From Squalus acanthias (taxonomy: Eukaryota), in contig CM059432.1 of assembly GCA_030390025.1 (NCBI GenBank), positions 77,936,001 to 78,000,000 of the forward strand: a DNA stretch of 64,000 nucleotides. The letters run 5' to 3'. The notes under the pieces are model-generated. The model had not been told where the DNA came from, ran no database searches, and saw nothing but the letters and a program-made list of their open reading frames with translations. The position numbers were made by a program, and so were the translations under genes. Within the stretch, counting starts at the first letter, position 1. Each line of letters opens with the position of its first letter. This document shows positions 1 to 12,444 of this stretch, one piece after another.

Positions 1-489
1 GCTAACTCGCACCAAGTCCCGTTCACACATCACCTCTGTGCTCGCTGACCTACATTGGCACCCAGTTAAGCAATGTCTCAATTTCAAAATTCTCATCCAT
101 GTTTTCAAATCCCTCCATGGGCTCGCCCCTCCCCATCTCTGTAATCTCCTCCAGCCCCACAACCGAGATATGTGCGCTCCTCTAATTCTGCCCTCCTGCA
201 CATCCCTGATTTTAATCACTCAACCATTGGTGGCCGTGCCTTCAACTGCCTAGGCCCTAAGCTCTGGAATTCCCTGCCTAATCCTCTCCACCTCCCTTTC
301 CTCCTTTAAGACGCTCCTCCTTTAAGATGGTCCTTAAAACCTACCTCTTTGACCAAGCTTTTGGTCATCTGCCCTAATTTCTCATGTGGCTCGATGTCAA
401 ATTTTTGTCTTATAATACTCCTATGAAGCGCCTTGGGATGTTTTACTACGTTAAAGGCGCTATATAAGTACAAGTTGTTGTTGTTGTTG
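1..489 (+). mobile_element. L2-clade LINE, 3' end
   Basis: ORF 38-253 has the L2 ORF2 C-terminal motif LADLHWHPV..FKIL..FKSLHGLAP; ends in GGCGCTATATAA plus a (TTG)n tail. Confidence 0.85.
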
Positions 490-975
490 ATTTCACTAGA
501 GAGGGTACAGAGGAGATTTATGAGGATGTTGCCAGGACTGGAGAATTTTAGCTATGAGGAAAGATTGGATAGGCTGGGGTTGTTTGCTTTGGAACAGAGG
601 AGGCTGCAGGGAGACTTAATTGAGGTGTATAAAATTATAAGAGGCCTAGATAGAGTGGCTAGGAAGGACCTATTTCCCTTAGCAGAGAGGTCAATAACCA
701 GGGGGCATAGATTTAAAGTAATTGGTAGAAGGATTAGAGGGGAGTTGAGGAGAACTTTATTCACCCAGAGGGTGATAGGGGTCTGGAACTAAATGCCTGA
801 AAGGGTGGTAGAGGCAGAAACCCTCATCGCATTTAAAAAGTACTTGGATATGCACTTGAAGTGCCGTAACCTACAGGGCTATGGACCAAGTGGGTTTAGG
901 CTGGATAGCTCTTTTTCGGCCAGCAGTCACGATGGGTCGAATGGCCTCCTTCTGTGCTATAAATTTCTATGATTC
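490..975 (+). mobile_element. CR1 LINE, 3' end
   Basis: LERVQRRFMRMLPGL..YEERLDRLGLF..RRLQGDLIEVYK..WN; 3' hairpin GGGTCGAATGGCCT and TTCTATGATT tail. Confidence 0.9.
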
Positions 976-1509
976 AAAGATTAACCCTCACTTCCAGCAC
1001 AGTCAGCAACTCCTTCTCTGAACACCAACACAAAAGAAATTATTCAAAGCATCTGGCATTTCCCAGTTCCTCGATAACATCCCCATTTGATACCTTTCAA
1101 CAGCCCTGCTACTTTGATCACAAACATGATAAAGTAGGTTAACACAGATCCAGTAATGCCAACGCCACCGTCTCATAAATCAGGAGAAAAACTCTTAAAA
1201 ATCAAGAGACTGGGTATAAAAATCATGAGTTGCTATTTTTTTCCAAACATAAACCAATCTAGATTGACAGTTGATTTATAAACCTCACTAGTGGCTTATT
1301 TAATCTCCAACGGGTCACAACTTCTGCATCTGAAAATGCTTTACAAATAACTTAAAAAAAATTCTACCTGTTATCACCACGTTGCTATGTATCTCAGTTT
1401 AAGGTTACGATGACAGTTATTGGGATGACATCTGCTGGAGTGTTGCGCGCTTAGCAATTTGCAGTAGCTGTTGGGAAGGTTTCAGTTCATAGCAAGAGCT
1501 TTTATTAAA

Positions 1510-1633
1510 ATCTGAAAATATTGAAATGGCAGTGCCGTGTTTTAATAAGTATGGATTATATAAAAATATTAGCATAAATCCAGATTCACAGACCAAAAAA
1601 GGAGGAAGTTCTGCCATTTCAATATCTTCAGAT
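1510..1633. repeat. 23-bp inverted repeat (1 mismatch) with 78-bp spacer
   Basis: ATCTGAAAATATTGAAATGGCAG (1510-1532) versus CTGCCATTTCAATATCTTCAGAT (1611-1633). Confidence 0.8.
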
Positions 1634-2585
1634 GTATTTAGGCATCTAAATCACCCTTAGATGTGGATGGTAAACTTCCAGACAACTTTGTTATGGAACT
1701 GTGTAAAAAGGAGTAAAGATTTGTCTGGTACCCTTTGGCTAATATTCCTTACATGGCTTATGAATGAATTATCCAGCTGCAGCTTTATTACAGGATCCCC
1801 TACGTAGATGCCTCTAGATTAATATTCAGTATTACGAGCGATGTCCAAGTGTGTGATTATAGGGCTGAACAGTGGTCGATCTTGGGAAGAGAAAGGAAGG
1901 AGGGGGAGCATACTTAATTGAAATATTTTGCACAATGCCCCATCGGGACCATATACCTCCACCACTGAAGAGGCAACAACATGAAGTAACACCGTTCCTA
2001 CCAGAAACACTTGATTCGTCCTCAACTTCCCAGCTGCCGACCCCACAACATAGGCTCCAGAACAGGCGGCCTCGGGCAGGGAGGTAGTAATTCACGGCTC
2101 AAATACACAAACACCAGGCCACCACAGGCCTCGCACATACACAAGTCACCGAGTCCCAACAACTAGCAGCGTTAAGTAGTCGGTCCCACTGTCCTCCTCC
2201 CAGCCTGTGAAGCCGAGGCCTTGTCATGTCCCAACCCGACCCTTCGTCAGCCTTTGCTCCCAGACAGGAAATGCATTCGGCTGTCACTGACCGATTACTG
2301 AAATCACAAGGTGAGCGCGACCAGCTTTGCAAGGTGAGAAAAAAAAAAAAAAATCGCACGGTTTGACAGTTCTGTCGCAAGAGTTGGCAAGTCTGCAGAT
2401 CTCTAATCTCAGCCACACCGTCAAGGCACAGCATTTTGGAGGATGGAGGGAGGAAAGGGAAATTCGACTAGCTATCAACCCCTCTGCCTCCCTTTCCACC
2501 TTCCCCATACATGTCAACCATCCATGTTTAACACATGCACGAGGGCACTATCCAGGTTGTCCATGTTTGTGAACAAAAATCAGCA

Positions 2586-3088
2586 CTACTTTTGACTTCC
2601 CACCATAGTACCATTCCAGGACTCCGTCTCATTAGTCCTGATTTTTGAACTCTGCTGCACTTTATCAGGAGCTCTCCTGAGATCAGGCATTCCAGTGCAG
2701 TGGGTGGCTGTGCTCAAAATCAGAGCAGCAAAACCAGCAGCATTCACGAAGCTCAAAATTGGCCCCAAAGTTGGGGGGGGGAAATCGGGGGACAGAAAGA
2801 CAAGTGGGGCAAAAATAAAGGAAAGCCCGGCGAGTGCAGCGGGAATGAGGAGGGGGAAGGGGAGGGAGCGAGCAAAAAGAGAGAGCGCCAAAGATAGAAC
2901 GGGGCAAGGGAACGAAGAGGAAGAATAATGCTTGCAGGAACTCGTGGTGTTGGTGGAGGAAAAGGTGCTCGTGAAAGGGGAGGTGGAGTTGGAAGCCGAG
3001 AATGTCTTTGTCAACTGTGCTTGAGGGGACTGCCACTCTGAACTGGGGGAGGAGGAGCTTTCACCTGGAACCTTGGACATAGTGAAGT
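2586..3088 (-). other. Unassigned Ser/Thr-rich open frame, possible exon or UTR/promoter sequence
   Basis: Open frame after a TTTTCCAG acceptor-like site (DFTMSKVPGESSSSP...TFSSTNTTSS...); non-repetitive and CpG-richer than its surroundings; no recognisable domain. Confidence 0.2.
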
Positions 3089-3112
3089 CTGGAAAACATT
3101 GTCCGGCAATTT

Positions 3113-3185
3113 CCTGTGCTGGTTCTTTGAAAGAGCTTTTCAATTCGTCCCACTCCCCCACTCTTTTTCCCATGGCCCTGCAGTG
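3113..3185 (-). mobile_element. CR1 3'-end fragment
   Basis: Reverse complement resembles the CR1 3' region at 22380-22445 (CAGGGCCATGGG..GGGAGTGGGAC..GCTCTT). Confidence 0.6.
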
Positions 3186-3398
3186 TTATTCCACTTCTCC
3201 TTTGTCAGTCTATTCTGCACAGACAATGACGACAAGGAAAAATGCTGTTTTATTCTATAATTTATGTAGTAGTGCATAGATTATAACGTCCACAGCAGGT
3301 TTTTCAGCTCCTGTTCACACCGAGATGTGGAAAACAGCTGATTTTGGACTAGCTGAAGACACTCCATAAGCAGCTCAACTCTTCTATGCACGCACAAC

Positions 3399-4220
3399 GG
3401 GCTGGATTTTGAAGTTGGAGTCGGGAATCACACATTCTGGCTTGTGAACCCGCCTCCATCGAGATGTGGCCAACCCACTGTATTTTCCCTTGATTGACCT
3501 TGTTGAGCCCGCCCAGTGGGCTCAGCAGGCCAATTAAGGGCCACCCGGCAACAGGTGACGTCACAGACTGACATTTCATCTGTCAAGAGCTTTTGACAGA
3601 TGAAATATCAGCGTTTGACAGCTCTGTGAAGCTGTCAAACACTGACAGTATGATTTCTAACTTCAGTCCTTCCTTTCAGGCTGAGTTAGAAATCATTCCA
3701 CCACAGAAAACAGAAGGCTGCTGTTTTTGACAGGTCCACGGCTTTCCTGCTTTCTGTGCCGGTGAGATTTCTAACTCCCGAGAACTGAAGGGCTGACACC
3801 TGCAGGAGGAAGTTAAGGTAAATAAAACTTTTTCCAACACTTAGCACTTACCTTACACACTTACCTCTGCACACATGCACCCATCACTCACCTGCCCACC
3901 GGACATATCGACCCCTCCAACCCCTGCAGACCCACGGCCTGACCCGATAACTTGGCGTGGTTGCCACCTGTCGGGAAGCCCACACTTTTGTTTTTAAAAT
4001 AGGGATTATGCAAAAAACTGCCTGTTAACAGGCAGTTAATTGTCACTAATCCCTTCCCGCCTCGGGGAGTCAAGTCTCAGACCAGGTCGGGTACCCGCCG
4101 CCAGTGAAACTGGCATGGAGGCGGGTTGGAGTCGGGATGGGGTCGGGACCCCCGAATCTGCAACTTTAACCACCCCCCCACCTCCAAACCCGACTCCACG
4201 GGTCATTGAAAATCCAGCCC
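3399..4220. mobile_element. Non-autonomous DNA transposon (PIF/Harbinger-like MITE)
   Basis: TIRs GGGCTGGATTTT (3399-3410) and AAAATCCAGCCC (4209-4220); flanks AAC/AAT; second copy in the opposite orientation at 51766-52487. Confidence 0.85.
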
Positions 4221-5559
4221 AATGTTTCAGCATGTGCAGCAAAAATGAGCCGCATGGGTTATGGGGCATCTTCAACCATCTCAAAATCAGTCGTTTTCTA
4301 GGCCATCATACAAACGCATAAGTGGCAGGCTGGACTTTTTGATTATTCAGTTGCTCCAGACAATGAGCAGGGCAGAGAGCAGAGAAAGAGAGGTGTATCT
4401 GTTGCCTCTTGGAACACTGTAATTGAGTCACTCGTTCTACTGTCTGACGGATGAGCCCATTCTGGTTGTCACTAATGAGACATGGAAATATGTGTCTCTG
4501 ATAATGAAGAAAAATGATTCAAGAAGCATGGTTCTAATAGTTTACCATTCGTATTCTTCCTCAAGAATACTAATGATGGATCAAAGCCATAAAACAGAAA
4601 TTCCTTCAAGTCTTGTTCCTACACACAGATACACCTTTAAGCACGCTATGTATAAATTTATATTTATGTTTTGAATATAAGGTGCCATTGAGGTCTGGTT
4701 GTATTTTTTACCATCTGCATTAGATCACTTGATGCGTTTTATCATCAGTCTCATTCTGGGGTGCTTATATAGTAAGAAGTGTATTAGAAATAGAAACCAT
4801 CTGTGTTAAGGAGCACTAAATTATGGGGAAGTACTACACAGTTAAATACAAGTCAGAAGTCTCTAAAAAGAAATTAGGATAAGAATTCAAGAATTTCCAC
4901 ATTACTGGCATATTTTTGCCTAACTGTAAAAGATGACCTCACAAAATTGTCAGATACATTTGTGCTGCCGACAGTTTGGCATACTCTTCTGTTTAATTTT
5001 CAAAAACGAAAAAGCTTTCTAACCTACATAGAAAATGTGTCTCTTTCTCGCTCACTTTGCTCTGTCACCCTTCTCTCTGTGCCTCCCTTCTTCCTTACTT
5101 CTCTATTTCTCCCTCCTCTCCTGGACTTCCTTTTTTCTCCCTTATGTGTGTTTTCTTTTTTTCATTCTTCTCTATTTTGTTTCCTCACTTTCTCGTTAAT
5201 TTCTTTCTACCCTTTGGTGTTTCAAATTTGCAGTGGCATTTTTGCAGCAAGTCCCAGATAATGCTCACATTAGAATATGGGTTCTTCATGTTAGCCTATC
5301 CTTTCGGAACTTAAATCTCAATTGGGTTTTCGGAATATACACTTTTAGCATTTTCCCCTCTCCCCTCATAATAGGCCCTTAGAATAAAAAAAAATCAACA
5401 AAGAATTAATGCTGCCAGTTGTTAAAGGATTACCAAAACCATAAATAAATTTACAATAATGACATTTTAACTAATTTTTGGAACATTGTCAATTAGATAA
5501 TGGCATCCAGTTTTATAAACAGCTGAGCAGTCACTCAATGTGGTTTTGTAACAATGGGG

Positions 5560-5760
5560 TCACACACAACCAATGGCCCCTACTAGAAAGTGCATGTCTA
5601 TGATCATTGATAAGAACAGAATCGGACTTGGCTTTAATATCACCCCCTTCCCCGGCTCTGAAACCAATTGCAGTGCCCCAGCTGAGACTAGCTAACTCAG
5701 CACAGCCTATGGATTTGAAGTGGCACCTTTGTGCTCTGCTTTACTCAATGCCACACACAT
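5560..5760. mobile_element. Decayed ancient tRNA-derived SINE fragments (AmnSINE2-like, tentative)
   Basis: CAGCTGAGACTAGCTAACTCAGCACAG motif; related decayed pieces at about 9850-10010 (-), 44315-44470 (+) and 53040-53270 (-). Confidence 0.4.
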
Positions 5761-6849
5761 ACATGTCAAACATCCGCTTAACACACAAGACAATCAGATT
5801 TCTGAAATCCAATTCATATTGTCTGCATTTGTGACCTGAATCAGTGTGCACCACCAAACTCCTAGAACCCCAGCTCACTGCTCTGGAGTCCGATGGCTAA
5901 TGCACTGGACAGGGAGTTCTCATCTCCAGTATACAGAGCTGCCATTCTGGACTATCCCACTGCACTAATAATTATTCTTGAGCCAAGATCAATTCCCTAA
6001 TAAAAAAATGTCTGAGCTCTCCATTATTTTTGTGGCAATTACTTTTAAAATAATTAAATTCAGGAGATAAATTATTTTTATACGACCCCCAAAAAACCTT
6101 CATGGGGTGGGGGGGGGGGGGGGAATGGAGAACAAATTTGGTAAAAACTGACCTTTAAATGACACTTATACAGCCTTGTTTCCAGCTGAGTGCCAAGCTA
6201 TGTTCCATTTTACAATACTCCTTTGGTCTAGATGTACTCAAGTTGCATGGCAAAATGATTACTGTTAGTACAGTATTTTCCATTCTATTGTTAAACTGAA
6301 ACTCAAGTGTTTAACTTTCAACATTATGCCAATTCCATCTAGACACATTAAGCAACTTTCTGTTCTCAATTTTTCCAGCATGATATATTTTATTCCAATT
6401 TTGCATTCATTATTCTTTGAGAAACAAAAAGCATCACCAACAGCAAATCAGTACTGACAGTAATGCTTGCAGTCTTGTAAGTGCAATTAATAAAGCAAGG
6501 AACAGTCTAGTCTGCCACTTACATTATCCTAGACATCTTCATAATACAATGGAAAATATCTTTACTTCAAAAAATTATGAAACTTTATGATGAATTATTA
6601 ACTTAATTTTTGTGATGACATATGAGCTGAATTTTCCTCCGCTATAGTGCTCAAAATTGAATGGCGTAGTGAAGGAAACTTTAGAAAAATTGGGTCGGGA
6701 GGCCTACGAGTAGTTGGCACTTCTCCCTTTCCTAAAGCCCACTAACCTTTATTTGGCCTCGGCTCAGTCCAAGTCCTAAGAATAAAGTTATCCCCAAAGT
6801 GCTTCTATCCCTTAAATTTGGCATCTTTCCTAATCCCGGTGTAGAACCA

Positions 6850-8010
6850 TCTGCATTTTCATCCCCCGGCAGCAGCAGGCTCCACCTTCCTGGTGGCAAT
6901 CATGCCAGGAGCCTGCCCTGCATAAGCAACCCTGACCCAGGGAAATGGGTCAAGATCATGGCAGCAGGCAGATGGAAGTACAGCCTGGACCCTCTTCCAG
7001 TACAACAATACATAGGTTATGGGGTTGGTAAAAGGTGGTTGACAAGTAATGCCGAGTGTTGTCAGCATACATATGGAAACTGACCCCCTGCAACATGCAG
7101 ATGAGAAAAAGAGAGACAAGGCTATAACATTGGGGTAGATTGCAGAAGACTGTGTGGGCTGAGCAGAAGCCATTGATGGAGATCTGCTGGGACAGGTAAG
7201 AATGAGACCACACAAGGGCAGTCCTGTGAAAGTAAATCAGAGTGGAGGGGAGGAGATGGAGGAGGCCATAATGATCAACTGTGTTGAATGCCAACGATAG
7301 ATGGTGGGCAATTACCAACGCTATCATTATTTACTTTTAGTAGTGCAATTGTGGTGCTGTGGGCTGGGCAGAAACCAGACTGAAGGAATTCAGACTGGCT
7401 GCTATTGAAGAGATGAACACAAAGCTGCAAAATATCGGAGAACCTTAGAGGGGAAAAGGATGTTTGAGATAGGATGGTTAGAGAAGACAGAGGGATCATG
7501 GATATGCTTTTAAAGAAGAGGAGGTGATGACTGCAGTTTTGAAGGCAAAAGGAAGGGTGCTAGAGCAAAGGAGCTATCAGCAACATCAGTGAACATAGAG
7601 ATGTGGGGAGGGAAGAAGGAGGAGAGAGAAGAGAAAAAGAGACATTCATCTTTGAGCCAAAAGAGCCTATAAGCTCCTTACACAGGTCTTGGGAGGTGAA
7701 GGAGCAGAGATGAGGAATAATAAAGAGAATTGTCAACAAGAAAGGCTGAGCTTGTCCTTAACTTCCAGGATGATCCTGAAGTAGTGGGACGATTTGGCTG
7801 TAGAGAGGAAAACACATTATTGCTCAAGGTGGACTTGTCAGATCTGGCTGTGGTGGACAATTCCTGTAATGAATCAAGTGTGCTCCAGTCTTCAAACTGA
7901 AAGGGTGCAAAGATGATCAATGTACTGAGGGAGCTGCAGTAATGAGAGAAAAGGTTTGTAATTTTTATGCTGCCTTGGATAGCATAATTGGACCAGAGAT
8001 TCAAAAACAA
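6850..8010 (-). mobile_element. Old L2 LINE, reverse-transcriptase region
   Basis: Degenerate motifs LQSGFCPAHSTTIALLKVNND, LSLAFNTVDH and FHMYADNT (for YADD) in ORFs 7275-7499 and 6956-7327. Confidence 0.75.
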
Positions 8011-8034
8011 AGTTTTGCTTTGTTTCACTTTATT

Positions 8035-8085
8035 TAGGCTGACACTCAAAATGCAGTACCGAGGGAGTGCTACACTGTCGGAGGT

Positions 8086-8119
<34 letters not shown>

Positions 8120-8405
8120 CACCTACTCTCTCATGTAGACGTAAAAGATCCCATGGCACTATTTCGAAGAAGAGCAGGGGAATTCTCCCTGGTTTCCTGG
8201 ATAATATTTATCCCTCAAACAACATCAAAAACAGATTACCTCATCATTACTTCATTGCTGTTTGTAGGACCTTGCAGTGTGCAAATTAGCTGCCGTGTTT
8301 CCTACGTTACAAGAGTGACTTCACTTCAGAAGTACTTAATTGGCTATAAAGCATTTTGGGACGTTCCGAGGTTGTGAAAGGCAATATATAAATGCAAATC
8401 TCTTA
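8035..8405 (+). mobile_element. Deu-domain SINE (SacSINE1-like), 5'-truncated
   Basis: GGAGGTGCCGTCTTTCGGATGAG...GACGTAAAAGATCCCATGGCACTATTTCGAAGAAGAG core; L2-like tail GGCAATATATAAATGCAA. Confidence 0.8.
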
Positions 8406-8429
8406 GAATTATCAGAAAAATGTACACTT

Positions 8430-9127
8430 TAAATATTATTTCTCCTATGACGGGCGGGAGGTGGTCAAGGGGGGGGGGGGGTTTAAACCCTGAAAAAAAC
8501 AAATGGTGAACATGCCCCCTAACCGGCCACGTATGTGCCCAATGCTCTTTGTACGATGATGGGCTGTGAGGCTTTCGTGTGTCCTGTCTTGGAGAGGCAG
8601 GACACTTTATTATCATATTTAAATCCAGCTCCTACATGCAATTAGGAGCCCGACTTAAATTTAACAGCTGCTGGCTGGGTTTCCCAGGGCTTAGGATACC
8701 TGGCAGCAAAAGGAGGCAAGAGCTGCCAGCTCGAGAAGGTAAGTGCTTTTGTGGGCCAGGAGGAACAGGAGCGCGCTCCCCCCCCCCCCCCCCCCCCACC
8801 ACCGCCCCTCCGGGCCCCTCAAGCAAACCTTCAGCCTCCCTCTCTCCCCCCCGCTGCAATCGTCGACCTCCCCCACCCAACCCCCGATCGACCCCTCCCG
8901 CCCCCCCCAATCCCCCGGCCTGCCCCGTGATTGCTGGGGACCATCCAAGGGTCCTCGCCTGCAGCCAGCCTGTCAATTTGGCCAGCTGCCGGGTGTGATA
9001 CGGAAGAAAAAAAAGAGGTCCTGCTGTTAAATTCAGCAGGACCTCTGCATCCACAGCCTTGTCATGACTCTTCCCTTCCCCCCCCCCAACACGCACCTCT
9101 CCCCGCTTCCCAACAAATATTGAGGCC
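8430..9127. mobile_element. MITE-like element, same family as 34753-35350
   Basis: Right end AATATTGAGGCC; hairpin GAGGTCCTGCTG-TTAAATT-CAGCAGGACCTC (about 9015-9045); shared motif TTGTGGGCCAGGAGGA.CAGGAG. Confidence 0.6.
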
Positions 9128-9410
9128 AAAAAATTGCGTTCTTCCAGGTACAATGGGCTAATGGAGGACCTCAGAAGATCATTTTTCTAACAAGGAAGAG
9201 AGACATATCTCAGGATCTTCAGAATATATACAACAGCACCAGTTTGTTAAGAGTTCAACTGTAAGGAAAGAATCCTTCCTAGCTAAGGAGGTACACTAAG
9301 GTGTTGGTTTTAACAGCAGATAACTGGCTACAATTGGTGATGTCCTTCTGCATTACACATTGGCAAAGGACAAAAGCCATTTTGTTTCAATACCTTCTTT
9401 AAACAAAAAT

Positions 9411-9495
9411 GAGAAGTCGCACAACACCAGGTTATAGTCCAACAGATTTATTTAATTTTACAAGCTTTCGAAGCAGTTCGCTCCTTCTCCACATC
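9411..9495 (-). mobile_element. Short Penelope-type terminal fragment with degenerate hammerhead
   Basis: Minus strand GGAGA-A-GGAGC.GAACT.GCTTC-GAAA-GCTT followed by AATAAATCTGTTGGACTATAACCTGGTGTTGTG; CUGANGA box is broken. Confidence 0.45.
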
Positions 9496-10068
9496 ATGAC
9501 TTCTTTAAACAAAACAAGTTGTTTGAGGGAACAACTCTGCCTCAAAGATTGAAACCATAGACAGTTTTTGAACAGTAAAAACTTCAACCTGTTTCTCTTG
9601 TGCTCAATGGCCATAGGCTGTTTGCAGATCCCGATATATTCCTTTGTTCGAGGGACGCCAATATTAATTATGCCACATTAACTAAAGGGTAAATCCAGAT
9701 ATAATTAATATCCATAAATAATACTCCATTTTGCTTCTCTATGCTTTTAGCATTTTTCATGGAATTCATCAGTATTACTAGCCTTCATTTTATTGTATGA
9801 CCCCTTGTTACATTTTTGACCCAATTTCTGGAAAACAATCAGGTGTGGAAACCTGTCTTTCTTCTCCTAAACCAGAACACCAAGGCCTATTGTAGCATTC
9901 CTACTGCTGCCTCAGTTGCGAGCAATGAACCTAGTACAAATTTAGGAATTTAATCTATAACATTCCTGGTCTATATGGCTCAGCTACTCACCAGATGAAC
10001 TGCCAGCTATCCAGGGGACATCAACGTGGTTCACCGACAGAGAGAGAGGCCTACCGAGTGAGAGCACT

Positions 10069-10074
<6 letters not shown>

Positions 10075-10102
<28 letters not shown>
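10075..10102 (+). repeat. (AG)14 microsatellite
   Basis: Direct read. Confidence 0.95.
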
Positions 10103-10103
<1 letters not shown>

Positions 10104-10588
10104 TGCTACACACCAACCAAGAGAGATACGCACTGACTGAGGCGGTTTACCCACTGAACTCGTAGAGGGAGACTCACTTTTTTTTTAAAAAGGACAACTT
10201 CTGTTGGGTTTGTGAGCCTTGCCTTGTGAAATACTTCAGTATTTGGTAGAGGTTGTTGGTCCAGTGAAGGTTTGCACCTGTGGGCTGACAGTTGGTTTAT
10301 AAAATATTGTAACATTTATTGTAACAGCTAAGTTGTACGGAGTGTTCTGAGTGTAACAATTTTTGATCCATCCAATACAAGGCACCTGGAGTAAGGGGAA
10401 GGTCCTCTGTTTGCAACAAGGACATGTCTCTTCTAAATCTCTGCCATCACTATGTAACCTGAATTAGCTCTGTATATTCGACTCTACATTTTGGCTGAAA
10501 CTCCAAACTTGAGCTCATTACCAGTATCTCCTTTTTTTCAAGTTCTTGGCTCTGCTCTCCTTGAACGCCTCTCCCCAGTCCCCTCCAA

Positions 10589-11748
10589 TAACATAGGAAC
10601 AGGAGTAGGCCATTCAGCCCCTCAAGTCTGTTCCGCCATTCAATGAGATCATGGCTGAGCTGCGATCTAACTGCATATACCCGCCTTTGGCCCATATATC
10701 CCTTAATACCTTTGGTTAACAATAAAGCTATCAATCGCCAATTTAAAATTAACAATTGATCTAGCACCAATTGCCATTTGCGGAAGAGAGATCCAAACTT
10801 CTACCATCCTTTGTGTGTAGAAGTGTTGCCTAATTTCACTCCTGAAAGGTCTGGTTCTAATTTTTAAGACTATGCCCCCTACTCCGAGAATCCCCAACCA
10901 GCAGAAATAGGATAGATAGAGAGAAACTATCTGTTCCCCCCTGAATATCCTGAAAACTTCGATCAAATCACCCCTTAACCGTCTAAATTCTAGGGAATAC
11001 AACCCTAATTTGTGTAATCTCTCCTCGTAACTTAACCCTTGAAGTCCGGGTATCATTCTGGTAACCCTACGCTGAACTCCCTCCAAGGCCAATATATCCT
11101 TCCTAAGGTGTGGTGCCCAGAACCGCTCACAGTACTCCAGGTGTGGCCTCACCAGGGTTTTGTACAGCTGCAGCATAATTTCTACCCCCTTGTATTCTAG
11201 TCCTCTAGATATAAAGGCCAGCATTCCATTAGCCTTTTTGATTATTTTCTGAACCTGTTCATGACATTTTAATGATCTATGTACCTGGACCCCCCCCAAA
11301 GTCTCTTTGGACATCCACTGTTTTTAGCTTTTCACCATTTAGAAAGTACCCTGTTCGATCCTTTTTAGGTCCAAAGTGGATGACCTCACATTTGCTTACA
11401 CTGAAATCCATTTGCCACAGTTTTGCCCATTCACTTAATCTATCAATATCCCTTTGTAATTTTATGCTTTCATCTACACTGCCTGCAATGCCTCCTAGCC
11501 TTGTGGCATCGGCAAATTTGGATATATTATTTTCTATGCCATCACCTAAGTCGTTAATAAATTTTGTGAATAGTTGAGGCCCCAACACAGACCCCTGCAG
11601 GACACCACTAGTCACATCCTGCCAATTTGAGTAGCTACCCATTATCCCTACTCTCTGTCTCCTGCCGCTCAGCCAATTTCCTAACCAGGTCAATAATTTG
11701 CCCTCAATTCCGTGGGCTTCTACTTTAGATAACAGTCTCTTATGTGGG
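10589..11748 (-). mobile_element. CR1 LINE, 3' part of ORF2 and tail
   Basis: [25 protein letters not shown] and LYKTLVRPHLEYC in ORFs 11277-11777 and 10703-11314. Confidence 0.92.
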
Positions 11749-11749
11749 A

Positions 11750-12444
11750 GCGAGGAGTTCATGGACTTCTTTATCACTATGATTAAATCTATCCATTCAG
11801 CTCCCTCCTGCTTTCCCCTCTTCTCCTTGACAAAGCCAAACCTCTCCAGCTCCTCCCTACCCTAGCCCTGATCTTGCATCTTTCTCCAGTTTCAGATCTT
11901 ATCTCATCTCCAAACCCCTTGAACGTATTGACACCTCCCAAATCCATGCTCATCTTTTCTGCAACTCCCTGTTTTTATCTCGTCAATCTGGTTTCCACCC
12001 CTACCACAGCACCAAAATAATCCTAACCAAAGTCACAAATGACATCCTCTGTGACTTTGACCATGGTGCATTATCCCTCCTTGACCTTTCCACAGCCTTT
12101 AACATGGTCAGGAACACCATCTCTGCTCCGTGATCCAGCTCTCATTTGGTTCTACCTTTATCTATCAAATCGTAGCCCGAGCATCTCTAGCAATGGCTTC
12201 TCTTCCCACCCTGCACTATTATCTCTGGAGTCCCCCAAGGATCTGCCCTTGGCTCCCTACTCTTTCAAATATACAGGCTGCCCCTTGGCGACATCATCTG
12301 CAGACTTGGGGTCAGCTTCCACATGTACACTAATGACTCTCAGCTCGACCTCTCCTCCATCTCGCTCGACCTCTCCACCGTCTCTGTTGTCAGACTGCTC
12401 GTCCGATATTCAGTCTTGAATGAGCTGCAATTTCCTCCAGTTAA
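11750..12444 (+). mobile_element. L2 LINE RT fragment
   Basis: GGAGTCCCCCAAGGATCT (GVPQGS) and TTCCACATGTACACTAATGAC (FHMYTND); homologous to the L2 at 15048-16155. Confidence 0.75.

Noticed and set aside
1417..1511. Terminal exon DFNKSSCYELKPSQQLLQIAKRATLQQMSSQ*
   Set aside because: The acceptor-like site lies within an inverted-repeat arm, and I recognise no homology or partner exon.
6104..6123. G-run as a functional G-quadruplex (also about 35022-35051, 42654-42669, 51336-51361)
   Set aside because: Simple homopolymer expansions with no supporting context.
8579..9161. Pro-rich and Gly-rich ORFs
   Set aside because: They come from C-runs inside a MITE-like repeat.
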